Shown: positions 35,687 to 45,241 of the stretch, piece by piece
How positions within the stretch are numbered: the stretch's first letter is position 1
How the letters are laid out: each line of letters opens with the position of its first letter
DNA from: Rhodospirillales bacterium
Lineage (GTDB): Bacteria > Pseudomonadota > Alphaproteobacteria > Rhodospirillales > JASLLZ01
Assembly: GCA_030754885.1 (NCBI GenBank)
Contig: JASLZL010000106.1
Location: forward strand, 1,012-65,011
Direction of reading: 5' to 3'
DNA: 64,000 nt
Notes under the pieces: model-generated
What the model was told of the DNA's origin: nothing
The model's input: the letters and a program-made list of their open reading frames with translations, nothing else
Databases searched by the model: none
Program-made: the position numbers and the translations under genes

Positions 35687-37816
35687 TCAACGGACTGAAG
35701 TTGCGACTTCGCCCAAAGTCTTAAACGTAACCCGAAAGATGACGGCGTCGGTGGGTGTTAAGTCGCGATCGCGGAAAAAAGTACGAGTCAGTTCGGACGT
35801 GAAAACCAGGCATTCGTCCTCGTAGGTCAGTCCCATGCCCGCCGAGAGCATAGCTCCGTCGCCTGTCAAATCCCGGATACCCGAAATTTTGGTCCGCCAG
35901 TATCGCGATAGCTGCGCGTCGAGAGCCACGGTGAGTTCTTCACGCGGTGCGAATTCGCTGTTCTCTTGAGCTGAGAAAAATACGTAATCGGCGCTGAGGC
36001 GCAAGGAACTCGTTCCCGCGCTCAAATCGACCTCGTTGCGCCGGGCGGCCAGATTATTTTTGTCCCACCGGGCCCGGTAAACGAGGTCAAGATAATCGGC
36101 CGGACGCACCCGGACTCTGGCGACGATATCCGAGAATTGGTCTTCCAACCCTGAACCACTGACGAATGTATCATCCTTTTTGGCTCTCAAGCTCTGTCCG
36201 ACGAGGACGGTGGTGGCGCCGCCACCGCGACCAAATACGCCCCACTTCAGCCCATAATTGATACGCGGTCCGCCTTCTACACGGTCCAATCCCGTGAACC
36301 GATTGCTGCTGAAAAGGTTGGTGTCGTCGAATTCGAAATCCAGGCTGTCTTCATTGGGAATAGTGTCTGGGTTACCGCCATAAGGGCTGACTACCGCCGA
36401 GACGATGGGCTCAAACAGTTGGTAAACCTTTTCCTCCTTACGCACGAGGGGATAGCGCCAATCGAGGGCCAATTGGGGAAGAAGACGACCGTTGAACCCG
36501 CTGTAGGTTCCGGTCTTGCCCGAACGCGCCAATTCATCGACGTGGTAGAGGTCACCCGTCAACGTCGCCGATAGGGCATAAACATCACCCATGGGGCCGA
36601 CGTAGGGGAGGCGCCAGCCACCCTTGACGGAAAGACGCCGCGTGTCCGTCCCATCGGTGCGGGTCAGTGCCAAGAGATTGACGTCGAGACTGGGGCGGCC
36701 TCCCAACCGGTCCGGCTCGCCGATGTGGTTATAATCGACCATGGGCAGCGCAAACGGTGTTTCGCCCGAATCGTCGCCATCGCGCAAACCTTGGAATGCG
36801 TACCCGTTGAAGGCCATGTAATTGCGCTTGCGGAAGCCTTCGGAGTAAACGCGGGTTGTTAAGGTACTCTTGTTACCGAATCCGTAGCGCCTGAGGTAGG
36901 TATCGTGACTTGCCCCGTTTGCATCGAAGCCCCAGCGCCAGGTGTCGTCCAGGTCGAACCGACCCTTACTCTCAACGTGTCCGCGCACTTCACTCTCAGA
37001 ATCTCGGGTGATGCTGGTCACCAGGTCCAGGCTGCCATTCTGTAAACGATGGCGGTACTCGCTGGCCAGCAGCGGACCTTCCTTGCTCGCATACGACGGT
37101 GACAAGGTCAGGTCGCTGAACGGATCAATGTTCCAGAAGTAAGGGGTTTGCGTCACAATACCAAGGTCCGACGACCCACCGATGCTGGGCGCCAGAAACC
37201 CGCTCCGCCGTTTGACCGTCGGGTCGGGATGGGAGAGGTAGGGCGAGTAAGCGATGGGAAGTCCAGCCAATTCCAACCATACGTCCGAGTACTCGATGGT
37301 CTGGCGCTCTTTGTCATGGAGCACCTTGGCGGCTTTGAGTTGCCACAACGGCGGCCGAGTGGGTTCTTCGGGACAAAGGTTGCACGGTGAATAAACGACG
37401 CGGCTCATCTCCAACTCGTTGCCCCCCGAGCGGCGCGCCCCGTTGGCGGCAAAGCGAGATCGATCGCTAAGAATAACCCGCAAATCCTCAATGATACCGT
37501 CCTTCAGGTTCCCGGTCAGCTCCATGTGCTGGGCGAAAACAACGTCGCCGGTGGGTTCCATCAGAGTGACATTACCCGTCGCGGTTAGAAGGTCGGAACC
37601 CTGGTTGAAGGCCATCTCATCGGCGATAAGTACGCGATCGTCGTGGGAAACTTCGACATTACCGCGCGCGGTAACGATGCCGCGTTCGGAATCGTAACTC
37701 ATCTCGTCGGCTGTGAGCAGAATAGGCGGACCCGACAGGACGGGCACCTCCTGGGCGAACGTCGCCGTCGCCAGGAGGCATAGAACGCCTAGTATGATTG
37801 CCCGAACCCGGTTCAT
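35687..37816 (-). CDS. lptD: LPS-assembly outer-membrane protein LptD
   Basis: 709 aa. Signal peptide, OstA-like N-domain (LTADEMSYDSERGIVTARGNVEV), large beta-barrel region. Conserved lptD-surA-pdxA-rsmA order. Confidence 0.9.
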   Translation of the reverse strand: MNRVRAIILGVLCLLATATFAQEVPVLSGPPILLTADEMSYDSERGIVTARGNVEVSHDDRVLIADEMAFNQGSDLLTATGNVTLMEPTGDVVFAQHMELTGNLKDGIIEDLRVILSDRSRFAANGARRSGGNELEMSRVVYSPCNLCPEEPTRPPLWQLKAAKVLHDKERQTIEYSDVWLELAGLPIAYSPYLSHPDPTVKRRSGFLAPSIGGSSDLGIVTQTPYFWNIDPFSDLTLSPSYASKEGPLLASEYRHRLQNGSLDLVTSITRDSESEVRGHVESKGRFDLDDTWRWGFDANGASHDTYLRRYGFGNKSTLTTRVYSEGFRKRNYMAFNGYAFQGLRDGDDSGETPFALPMVDYNHIGEPDRLGGRPSLDVNLLALTRTDGTDTRRLSVKGGWRLPYVGPMGDVYALSATLTGDLYHVDELARSGKTGTYSGFNGRLLPQLALDWRYPLVRKEEKVYQLFEPIVSAVVSPYGGNPDTIPNEDSLDFEFDDTNLFSSNRFTGLDRVEGGPRINYGLKWGVFGRGGGATTVLVGQSLRAKKDDTFVSGSGLEDQFSDIVARVRVRPADYLDLVYRARWDKNNLAARRNEVDLSAGTSSLRLSADYVFFSAQENSEFAPREELTVALDAQLSRYWRTKISGIRDLTGDGAMLSAGMGLTYEDECLVFTSELTRTFFRDRDLTPTDAVIFRVTFKTLGEVATSVR

Positions 37817-37822
37817 GGCCTG

Positions 37823-38923
37823 TCAGCCGTCCTCCAAATGCAATAACATGGCAAGGCCTAAGAGGGTCGCGACACCCGACGGAGTCCACGCCGCGAGCGT
37901 CACCGGGATACTGTCGGAAAGGCCCAGGGCAAACACGATATCCGAAAAAAAGTACAGGATAAAGCCGGTGAGCACACCACCGGCGATAATGAAGGTGGTA
38001 CCACCACGGCGCGCATGACGCAATGTGAAGGTGGCCGCGATAAGAACCATGGCGCACATCAATAATGGAGTCGCCAAAAGAACATGCCAATGCAGACGAT
38101 GGCGGATAGCGGAGAAACCGGCTTCCTCCAGGGTCTTGATGAACACCGGCAGTGTCCAAAAGGACATGGTTTCAGGCGGTGCGAAGCTTTCGTGAATCTT
38201 GTCGAGAGTGAGGTCCGTCTCTAACCAGTATTCCTTTTCGAATTGGGGCGCGATCTCGGGTGATATCACCCAGGCATTGCGCAGGTGCCAAAAGCCGTCC
38301 TCCAGGAGCGCGTGTTCCGCGTCGATACGACCGATGAATGTGTCCGATCCTTTGTAGAGAAAGACGATCACATCGCGAAGTTCCACGTCGAATCCCTGTT
38401 GCACCATGTATTGGGAATGGACGACGGCTTGCCCGGCTTCGCTCGATTGGCGCAACCACAATCCGTTTTCTGAGAGGGCAAGAAGGCTTTTGCGGCCTTT
38501 AAGCACGGTGGCTTCAAGATTCTCGTAACGCGACAGCATGGCCGATGCCAGAGGATTGGTCACGGTCACCCTGATAACACCAAGGATAAACGCCAAGAGA
38601 AGGACCGGCAAAAGAAACTGCCACGCCGACACGCCGGCTCCTCGGGTAACCACCAGTTCATGACTGCGGGTCAGCCGCCAGAAAACCATCATGGCGCCCA
38701 GGAGTGCCGCGAAGGGAAAGGACTGCTGGCTCATGTAGGGCAGCTTCATGAGCGCCAATTCGATCACCGTGGCGAAGGTGATGTTAGGCCGGGCCGCAGA
38801 CCGGCGCATCAGTTCGACGGTATCGAAGGTCAAGATTAACGTCACCAAAATTAAGAAAATGATGGCGAAACCCACCAGGAACTGGCGTCCTATGTAAACC
38901 GAGAGGGTGGGGGATAGACGCAT
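37823..38923 (-). CDS. lptG: LPS export ABC transporter permease LptG
   Basis: 366 aa. YjgP/YjgQ family topology (6 TM plus a periplasmic beta-jellyroll insert). Confidence 0.9.
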   Translation of the reverse strand: MRLSPTLSVYIGRQFLVGFAIIFLILVTLILTFDTVELMRRSAARPNITFATVIELALMKLPYMSQQSFPFAALLGAMMVFWRLTRSHELVVTRGAGVSAWQFLLPVLLLAFILGVIRVTVTNPLASAMLSRYENLEATVLKGRKSLLALSENGLWLRQSSEAGQAVVHSQYMVQQGFDVELRDVIVFLYKGSDTFIGRIDAEHALLEDGFWHLRNAWVISPEIAPQFEKEYWLETDLTLDKIHESFAPPETMSFWTLPVFIKTLEEAGFSAIRHRLHWHVLLATPLLMCAMVLIAATFTLRHARRGGTTFIIAGGVLTGFILYFFSDIVFALGLSDSIPVTLAAWTPSGVATLLGLAMLLHLEDG

Positions 38924-38940
38924 GTTTTACGGCTTTCTCG

Positions 38941-40077
38941 TTATCTCATGGAATTCTGGGTGGCCAGACCGGTCCTGGCACTGCCCCTGGGTCGCCACGG
39001 CCGGCGCAGCATCACGACGTAGCCCAGGATTAGGGGGAGCGCGGCACCGATATACATTGAGGGAATCAATTCCAGCCTTTTCGCGGAAACATTCTCCAGC
39101 CCCAATGCCAAAGCCTGAAAGACGATGACGATGGCGGCGGCAAGAGCGATGCGCCCGGACTGACCGCGACGGCTGATGCCACCCGAAATTAGGCAGGCAA
39201 GCCCGATGAGTGTGAAACAGGCGGCGAACATGGGCCAGATCAACCGCTTGTGGGCCTCGACGACGAACTTCCCGTAATCCCGTGGGTCCATGAGACTATC
39301 TTTTTTGATGGCAAGCAGCTCCGCCAGAGTCCGCTCGCGGGGCTCGCGGTAACGAACCGCCGTCTGATCCTTAGATCTGTCCAATTCAATCGTATAGCGG
39401 TCGAAATAGAGGATTGAGAATTTGTTAGTTTTCTTGTTCCTCTCCTGACGGTTGCCCTCGAACATGATGACCCGCGACGATCCCTCCGATTCGACCAAGG
39501 CGCCGCGCGAGGCCATGACAGTCGAGGGTTTCTCTCCATCGCGTCCATCGTGCACCAAGATGCCGTGCAATTGTCCATCCTTGGATCGTTCTCGCACATA
39601 TACGGTGACGTCCTTGGAGACGGTGTTGAAAGCCCCTTCTTGTAGCAAGATGTGAGAATAACTGTAGCGGATGTCCCATTGTAGTTCGCGGAACAAGCGA
39701 TAGGACTGGGGCACCAAGAAGATATTCAGCGCATACCCGGCGAAGACCACCAAGAGCGCCGTCATCAGGGCCGGCTTGGCGAGGGCGAACTGGCTCATGC
39801 CCGAGGCGCGCATGACCACCAGTTCGCGGTCGGTAACCAGCTTGCTGTAAGTGAACATGACCACCGTAAACAAGGCCACTGGCAGGATAATGGAGAGGAA
39901 ATTGGGCAGCAGCAACATGGTCAGATAGAGGAACATGCCGCCCGTCACGCCGCGGTTGACGATCATCTCGACAAAGCGCAGGGACTGGCTTAGCCATATG
40001 ATGCCGGTGAGGCCGATGGTGACAAGGACCATCCCCACCAACAATTGGCGCAGCACGTATCGGGTTAATTCGTTCAT
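38941..40077 (-). CDS. lptF: LPS export ABC transporter permease LptF
   Basis: ATG at 40077 (MNELTRYVLRQLLVGMVLVT); the track start at 40137 is a possible alternative. YjgP/YjgQ family. Confidence 0.88.
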   Translation of the reverse strand: MNELTRYVLRQLLVGMVLVTIGLTGIIWLSQSLRFVEMIVNRGVTGGMFLYLTMLLLPNFLSIILPVALFTVVMFTYSKLVTDRELVVMRASGMSQFALAKPALMTALLVVFAGYALNIFLVPQSYRLFRELQWDIRYSYSHILLQEGAFNTVSKDVTVYVRERSKDGQLHGILVHDGRDGEKPSTVMASRGALVESEGSSRVIMFEGNRQERNKKTNKFSILYFDRYTIELDRSKDQTAVRYREPRERTLAELLAIKKDSLMDPRDYGKFVVEAHKRLIWPMFAACFTLIGLACLISGGISRRGQSGRIALAAAIVIVFQALALGLENVSAKRLELIPSMYIGAALPLILGYVVMLRRPWRPRGSARTGLATQNSMR

Positions 40078-40234
40078 GGTGGCGAACCGGCTCGCTTTCG
40101 CTCCCGACAAAATGTGGGAAAAATGCTCGTAAATCAAGGGTTAACCGCGTGATCCAGAGAAGGAAGGTGAGCTTAATTGATAATTCCGGAGCGAAATGCG
40201 CGATGGGTTGTTGTCCCTTTGCCGCCGCCCTTCC

Positions 40235-41650
40235 TTACAGCACCTTGCCGGGGTTCATGATGTTCATGGGGTCCAGCGTTCTTTTCAGGGTCCGCATCAG
40301 ATCCAATTCGACGGCCGATTTGTAGCGTACCAGCTCGTCCCGCTTGAGCGTGCCGATGCCGTGCTCGGCCGAGAAGCTGCCGTCCATTTCGGCAGTCAGG
40401 TCGTGGACGATGTGGTTGAATTCGTCCCAGCGGGCGACAAAGGCGTCGGTGTCGGCGCCCACCGGTTGGCTCAGGTTGTAGTGGATGTTGCCGTCGCCGA
40501 CGTGGCCGAATGCCAGGATGCGGACGCCGGGCAGGGCCGCCTCGACTAATGCACCGGCGCGGCGCACGAACTCGGCAACCCGGGAGACCGGCACAGAGAC
40601 GTCGTGCTTGATGCTGCCGCCCTCGAACTTCTGGCAGTCCGAAAGCACCTCGCGGACACGCCACAGCTCGCCTCTCTGGGCCTCACTGGCGGCGATCACC
40701 GCGTCTTCGGCAATGCCGTCGTCGAGGGCCTGGGCGAGGATCGTCTCCAGCGCCTCTCTCAGTCCCGTACCGCCCTCTGGTCCGGTTAGTTCGATGAGTG
40801 TGTAGAAGGAATGGGCGTCGGCGAAGGGATCGACGACCCCGGTCATGTGCTTGACGGCGAATTCCATCCCTAAGCGGGGGATCAGCTCGAAGGCGGTGAG
40901 CGCATCGCCGCAGGCGTCGCACATGCGCGAAAATAAGGTCAGGGCCTCCTCGGCGCCGCTGACGGCGGCCATCGCGGTCTCGCGCGAGGGCTGTTGGGGA
41001 TAGAGCTTCAAAACGGCGGCGGTGATAACGCCAAGTGTCCCTTCGGCGCCGATGAAGAGGTGCTTGAGGTCGTAACCGGTGTTGTCCTTGCGTAGTCCGC
41101 GCAGGCGCTCCCACACTCGGCCGTCGGGCAGCACGACCTCGAGGCCCAGCACCAGATCGCGGGTGTTTCCATAGCGCAGAACCTGGACGCCGCCGGCATT
41201 GGTTGAGAGATTGCCCCCTATTTGGCAACTGCCCTCGGCGGCCAGGCTGAGGGGGAACAGACAGCCGGCTTCGTCGGCCGCATCCTGGATCGTGGCGAGG
41301 ACGCAGCCGGCCTCGACGGTCATGGTGTGATTAAGGGGATCGACGTCGCGTATGCGGCTCATACGGCCCATGGACAAAATGACGCCGCCGTCGGGAACGG
41401 CGCCGCCTTGCAATCCGGTATTGCCCCCCTGGGGGGTGACGGGAACACCGGCCTTGGCGCAAATTTCAATTACCCGCGCTGTCTCTTCGGTCGAGGCGGG
41501 GCGGATCACGGCGGTGCAGGTGCCGCGCCAGAAACCACGAGCCTCGATCAGGTGCGGTTCCATTTCGCCTTTGTCGTCGATCCAACCCTTGCGGCCGACC
41601 ACGCCTAAGAGCGCTTCGGTCACACCTTCGGGTACAGGCTTCACCGTCAC
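40235..41650 (-). CDS. FAD-binding oxidoreductase, GlcD/D-2-hydroxyacid dehydrogenase-like, copy A
   Basis: 471 aa, GTG start overlapping the copy-B stop (GTGA). FAD_binding_4 region PQGGNTG...GGNLSTNAGG. C-terminal GSFSAEHGIG...MNPGKVL. Confidence 0.85.
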   Translation of the reverse strand: MTVKPVPEGVTEALLGVVGRKGWIDDKGEMEPHLIEARGFWRGTCTAVIRPASTEETARVIEICAKAGVPVTPQGGNTGLQGGAVPDGGVILSMGRMSRIRDVDPLNHTMTVEAGCVLATIQDAADEAGCLFPLSLAAEGSCQIGGNLSTNAGGVQVLRYGNTRDLVLGLEVVLPDGRVWERLRGLRKDNTGYDLKHLFIGAEGTLGVITAAVLKLYPQQPSRETAMAAVSGAEEALTLFSRMCDACGDALTAFELIPRLGMEFAVKHMTGVVDPFADAHSFYTLIELTGPEGGTGLREALETILAQALDDGIAEDAVIAASEAQRGELWRVREVLSDCQKFEGGSIKHDVSVPVSRVAEFVRRAGALVEAALPGVRILAFGHVGDGNIHYNLSQPVGADTDAFVARWDEFNHIVHDLTAEMDGSFSAEHGIGTLKRDELVRYKSAVELDLMRTLKRTLDPMNIMNPGKVL

Positions 41651-43062
41651 AGCACCTTCCCCGGATTCATGATGGACTTTGGATCGAGTGTCCTCTTCAA
41701 CGTTCGCATGAGGTCCATCTCGACTTCGGATTTGTAGCGTTCAAGTAGGTCGCGCTTGTGAAGGCCGATGCCGTGCTCGGCTGAAAAGCTGCCGTCCATC
41801 TCGGCGATCAGATCATGGACTCCGTGCACGACGCGATCGGTCTCGGCTAAGAAGGCATCGGTATCGGCGCCCTCGGGTTGGGTCAGGTTGAAGTGAATGT
41901 TGCCGTCTCCGACGTGACCAAAGGCGACAACGCGCCCGCCCTGCACCGCGCCTTCCAGAATTTTTGTGGCACGGTGCAGGAATTCGGGCACCCGGGAGAC
42001 CGGCACCGAGACATCGTGCTTGATGCTACCGCCCTCGGGTATTTGGGCCTCGTTGATGTCTTCACGGATAGTCCACAATTCCTCGGCCTGGGCCTCGCTG
42101 GTGGCGATCACGGCGTCTTTGGCGACACCATCGTCGAGGGCTCGGGCGAGAGTCGCTTCCAAGGAGTCGCGCAAAGCGCCTCCGGGCCTGGGGCTGGTCA
42201 ATTCGATGAGGGCATAGAATGGATGGGGCGCATCGAACGGGTCGCGCGTACGCTCGACATGCTTGAGGGCAAAGTCGAAGGGCATGCGCGAGATCATCTC
42301 GAAGGCGGTCAGTGCCTCACCGCAGGCAGCGCGGACGCGGATGAAGACGTCGAGCACGGCTTCTGGATCGGGAAGGGCGACCAGCGCCGCCTCGCGGGCA
42401 TGGATGGCGGGATAGAGTTTCAACACGGCGGCGGTGATTACGCCCAGCGTCCCTTCGGCGCCGATAAACAAATGTTTGAGGTCATAGCCGGTGTTGTCCT
42501 TGCGCAGGCCGCGCAGACCCTCCCACACCCTGCCGTCAGGCAGCACGACCTCCAGACCCAGCACCAGGTCGCGGGCATTGCCGTAGCGCAGAACCTGGAT
42601 GCCACCGGCGTTGGTCGACAGGTTGCCGCCGATCTGGCAGCTGCCGTCGGCGGCGGCCAGGCTGAGGGGAAACAGACAGCCGGCTTCGGCCGCCGCCTCT
42701 TGGATGGTGGCGAGAACACAGCCCGCCTCGACGGTCATGGTGTGGTTGAGGGGATCGACGTCGCGGATGCGGCTCATACGGCCCATGGACAAGACGATGC
42801 CGCCGTCGGGAACGCCGCCGCCCATGCCACCCGTATTGCCGCCCTGAGGGGTGATGGGAACCCCGGCCCCGGCGCAAATCTTGATCACCCGCGCAGTCTC
42901 TTCGGTCGAGGCGGGGCGGACCACGGCGGCGCAGGTCCCGCGCCACAGGCCGCGCCGCTCCACTAGGTGGGGTTCCATCCCGCCTTCGTCGTCAATCCAA
43001 CCCTTGCGGCCGACTACGCCCAAGATGGCATCGAGGACGGATTGAGGAACGGCGTTGGGCAT
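41647..43062 (-). CDS. FAD-binding oxidoreductase, GlcD/D-2-hydroxyacid dehydrogenase-like, copy B
   Basis: ATG at 43062 (MPNAVPQSVLDAILGVVGRKGWIDD) gives ~471 aa, colinear with copy A. The track ORF to 43158 is probably over-extended. Confidence 0.85.
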   Translation of the reverse strand: MPNAVPQSVLDAILGVVGRKGWIDDEGGMEPHLVERRGLWRGTCAAVVRPASTEETARVIKICAGAGVPITPQGGNTGGMGGGVPDGGIVLSMGRMSRIRDVDPLNHTMTVEAGCVLATIQEAAAEAGCLFPLSLAAADGSCQIGGNLSTNAGGIQVLRYGNARDLVLGLEVVLPDGRVWEGLRGLRKDNTGYDLKHLFIGAEGTLGVITAAVLKLYPAIHAREAALVALPDPEAVLDVFIRVRAACGEALTAFEMISRMPFDFALKHVERTRDPFDAPHPFYALIELTSPRPGGALRDSLEATLARALDDGVAKDAVIATSEAQAEELWTIREDINEAQIPEGGSIKHDVSVPVSRVPEFLHRATKILEGAVQGGRVVAFGHVGDGNIHFNLTQPEGADTDAFLAETDRVVHGVHDLIAEMDGSFSAEHGIGLHKRDLLERYKSEVEMDLMRTLKRTLDPKSIMNPGKVL

Positions 43063-43214
43063 GGAAGTATGTCTCCGTGATTTAAGAGCGGCCCACAATA
43101 GGCAACGGCCGGCGTGGTGCAAGGCACGATTGGTGGGCGCCCAAACGGCCCGTACCACTTGCCTTTCGTTTGCCTTACAATCGGGCGCGGCGATACGGAG
43201 GAGAGACGCGAGCC

Positions 43215-45212
43215 ATGAAATTAGATTCCATCTTGCTTGAGATCATGAACGCCAAGCTTTCGGCCATTGCCGGTGAGATGGCGGCGCATCTGCAACGTGC
43301 TTCGCGGTCCATGTATGTAAAGGAGGCGGCCGACTTCGGTGTCGGCATCGTCGATGTTGAGGGCCGCATGTTCGCCTATCCCCCGGGCGCTAACATGTTT
43401 TCCATCGACCGTCCTTGCGCGCACACCATCCGCGCCGTTCCCAACGTCGAGGATGGTGACGTCATCGTCACCAACGACCCCTACTCCTCGAACGGGCTGT
43501 CGACCCACCTTCCCGATCTCCACATGCTCAGGCCCATCTTTAACAAAGGCCGCATTGTTTGCTATGGCTGGGCCTTCATCCACTTCACCGACGTCGGCGG
43601 CCGAGTACCGAGCTCGATTTCGCCGTCGAACCATGAGATTTTCCAAGAAGGTATCATTGTCCCACCGATGAAAATCTTGCGCCGGGGTGTCATCAACCAG
43701 GACTTCGTAACGATCTTCACCGCCAACTGCCGCACGCCCGAGATCAACATGGGTGACATCGGGGCACTGTTGGGCGCACTCGAGACCTGTGAGAAGCGTG
43801 TCCTCGACGTGGTCCAGGCCCACGGAGTGGAGACCGTTATCACCGCCGAATCCGATCTTCAGGACTATTCCGAGGCCAAGGCGCGTGCCGTGCTGCGCCG
43901 CATTCCCGACGGCGAGTACGAGTTCTGGGATTATCTTGACGATGACATGGCGAGCCGCATTCCCGTACGCATCCGGGTCAAGATGACGGTGCGCGATGGC
44001 ACCGTGCATCTAGACTTTGCCAGCACCGATCCGCAGGTCTCGGCGTCGTTCAACGTGCCCACCATGAACCGGCTGAGCTACTGGCTTTCGATGCGCCTTA
44101 CCACCTTTATCTGCTCGCACGATAAGTCGATCCCGCTGAACGCCGGGATGTACCGGCCCATCACGTGCACCAACCCGGTAGGCACCATCCTCAACGCCGA
44201 GTTCCCGGACGCCGTCGGCATTCGCTCGGCCGCCGCCATGCGGCTTCAGGACGCGATCACCGGGTGTATCTTAAAGGCGGCGCCCGATCTGATGGCGGGC
44301 CCCACCTGCGGGGCCAACGTTCCTTTGGTCCTGTCCGAGTTCGACGACAGCGGTACAAAGCGCAAGGTTCAGGTGATCCAGCCCATGCGGGGCGGAATGG
44401 CGGCGGCGCAAGGCGTCGAGGGGGTCGATGCCAGGGATGTCACCATCAACAACATGAACAACCATCCTTTGGAGTCGGTCGAGGCCGATGCCGGCGTCAT
44501 CATCCGCAATTACGACATCTGCACCGATTCGGGAGGCGCCGGGGAATGGCGCGGCGGCGTCGGCCAGCAGATCACGGTGGAAATCGTGCGCGATGGCGGC
44601 AAGGTGCTGGCCCGCGGTATGGAACGACAGCGCTTCCGCTCCTGGGGGACTATGGGGGGCAAACCGTCACAGCCTCTGAAGGTGCAGTTCAACAAGGGCC
44701 GATCGGACGAGCGCACCCTGGCCAAGATCGACGAATTGGCGGTGAGTGCGGGCGATACCCTGACCATTTACATGCCGGGGGGCTCGGGCTACGGCGATCC
44801 TTATCGCCGCTCGCCGGAAAAAGTTTGGAGCGACGTGGCGCTCGGCTTCGTAAGCCGTCGGGCGGCGAAGAACGACTATGGCGTCGTCTTGGGCGACGAC
44901 GGAAAAGTGGACGCGGCAGCGACGCGACGAACCCGGGCAGCGCGACTGCGCGATAATGTCCGTGCCGACTTCGACTTCGGGCCAGAACGCGAAGCGTGGG
45001 ACGCCGCCTTCGACGACGACCTCATGGCGGTCTTCAACCGAAAGCTATACGCCCTTCCCAAATCGGTGCGCGGCGAGCGCCGCCGCCGGGTGTTCGAGGC
45101 GGCGCTGCCCGACCTTCCGCCTTCAGGCGATCCCAAGTTCCTTGATGTGGTCAAGGACCCGGACGCAATTCGCGCCCGCTTCGTTGCCGCTATCGACCGC
45201 CTGCTCGATTGA
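43215..45212 (+). CDS. Hydantoinase B/oxoprolinase family protein (HyuB-like), no HyuA partner nearby
   Basis: ATG at 43215 after GGAGGAGAG (MKLDSILLEIMNAKLSAIAGEM). Family motif VTNDPYSSNGLSTHLPD. ~665 aa. Confidence 0.85.
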   Translation: MKLDSILLEIMNAKLSAIAGEMAAHLQRASRSMYVKEAADFGVGIVDVEGRMFAYPPGANMFSIDRPCAHTIRAVPNVEDGDVIVTNDPYSSNGLSTHLPDLHMLRPIFNKGRIVCYGWAFIHFTDVGGRVPSSISPSNHEIFQEGIIVPPMKILRRGVINQDFVTIFTANCRTPEINMGDIGALLGALETCEKRVLDVVQAHGVETVITAESDLQDYSEAKARAVLRRIPDGEYEFWDYLDDDMASRIPVRIRVKMTVRDGTVHLDFASTDPQVSASFNVPTMNRLSYWLSMRLTTFICSHDKSIPLNAGMYRPITCTNPVGTILNAEFPDAVGIRSAAAMRLQDAITGCILKAAPDLMAGPTCGANVPLVLSEFDDSGTKRKVQVIQPMRGGMAAAQGVEGVDARDVTINNMNNHPLESVEADAGVIIRNYDICTDSGGAGEWRGGVGQQITVEIVRDGGKVLARGMERQRFRSWGTMGGKPSQPLKVQFNKGRSDERTLAKIDELAVSAGDTLTIYMPGGSGYGDPYRRSPEKVWSDVALGFVSRRAAKNDYGVVLGDDGKVDAAATRRTRAARLRDNVRADFDFGPEREAWDAAFDDDLMAVFNRKLYALPKSVRGERRRRVFEAALPDLPPSGDPKFLDVVKDPDAIRARFVAAIDRLLD

Positions 45213-45241
45213 GTCGCTACAGCGGCTAGGTAAGGGGTGCG

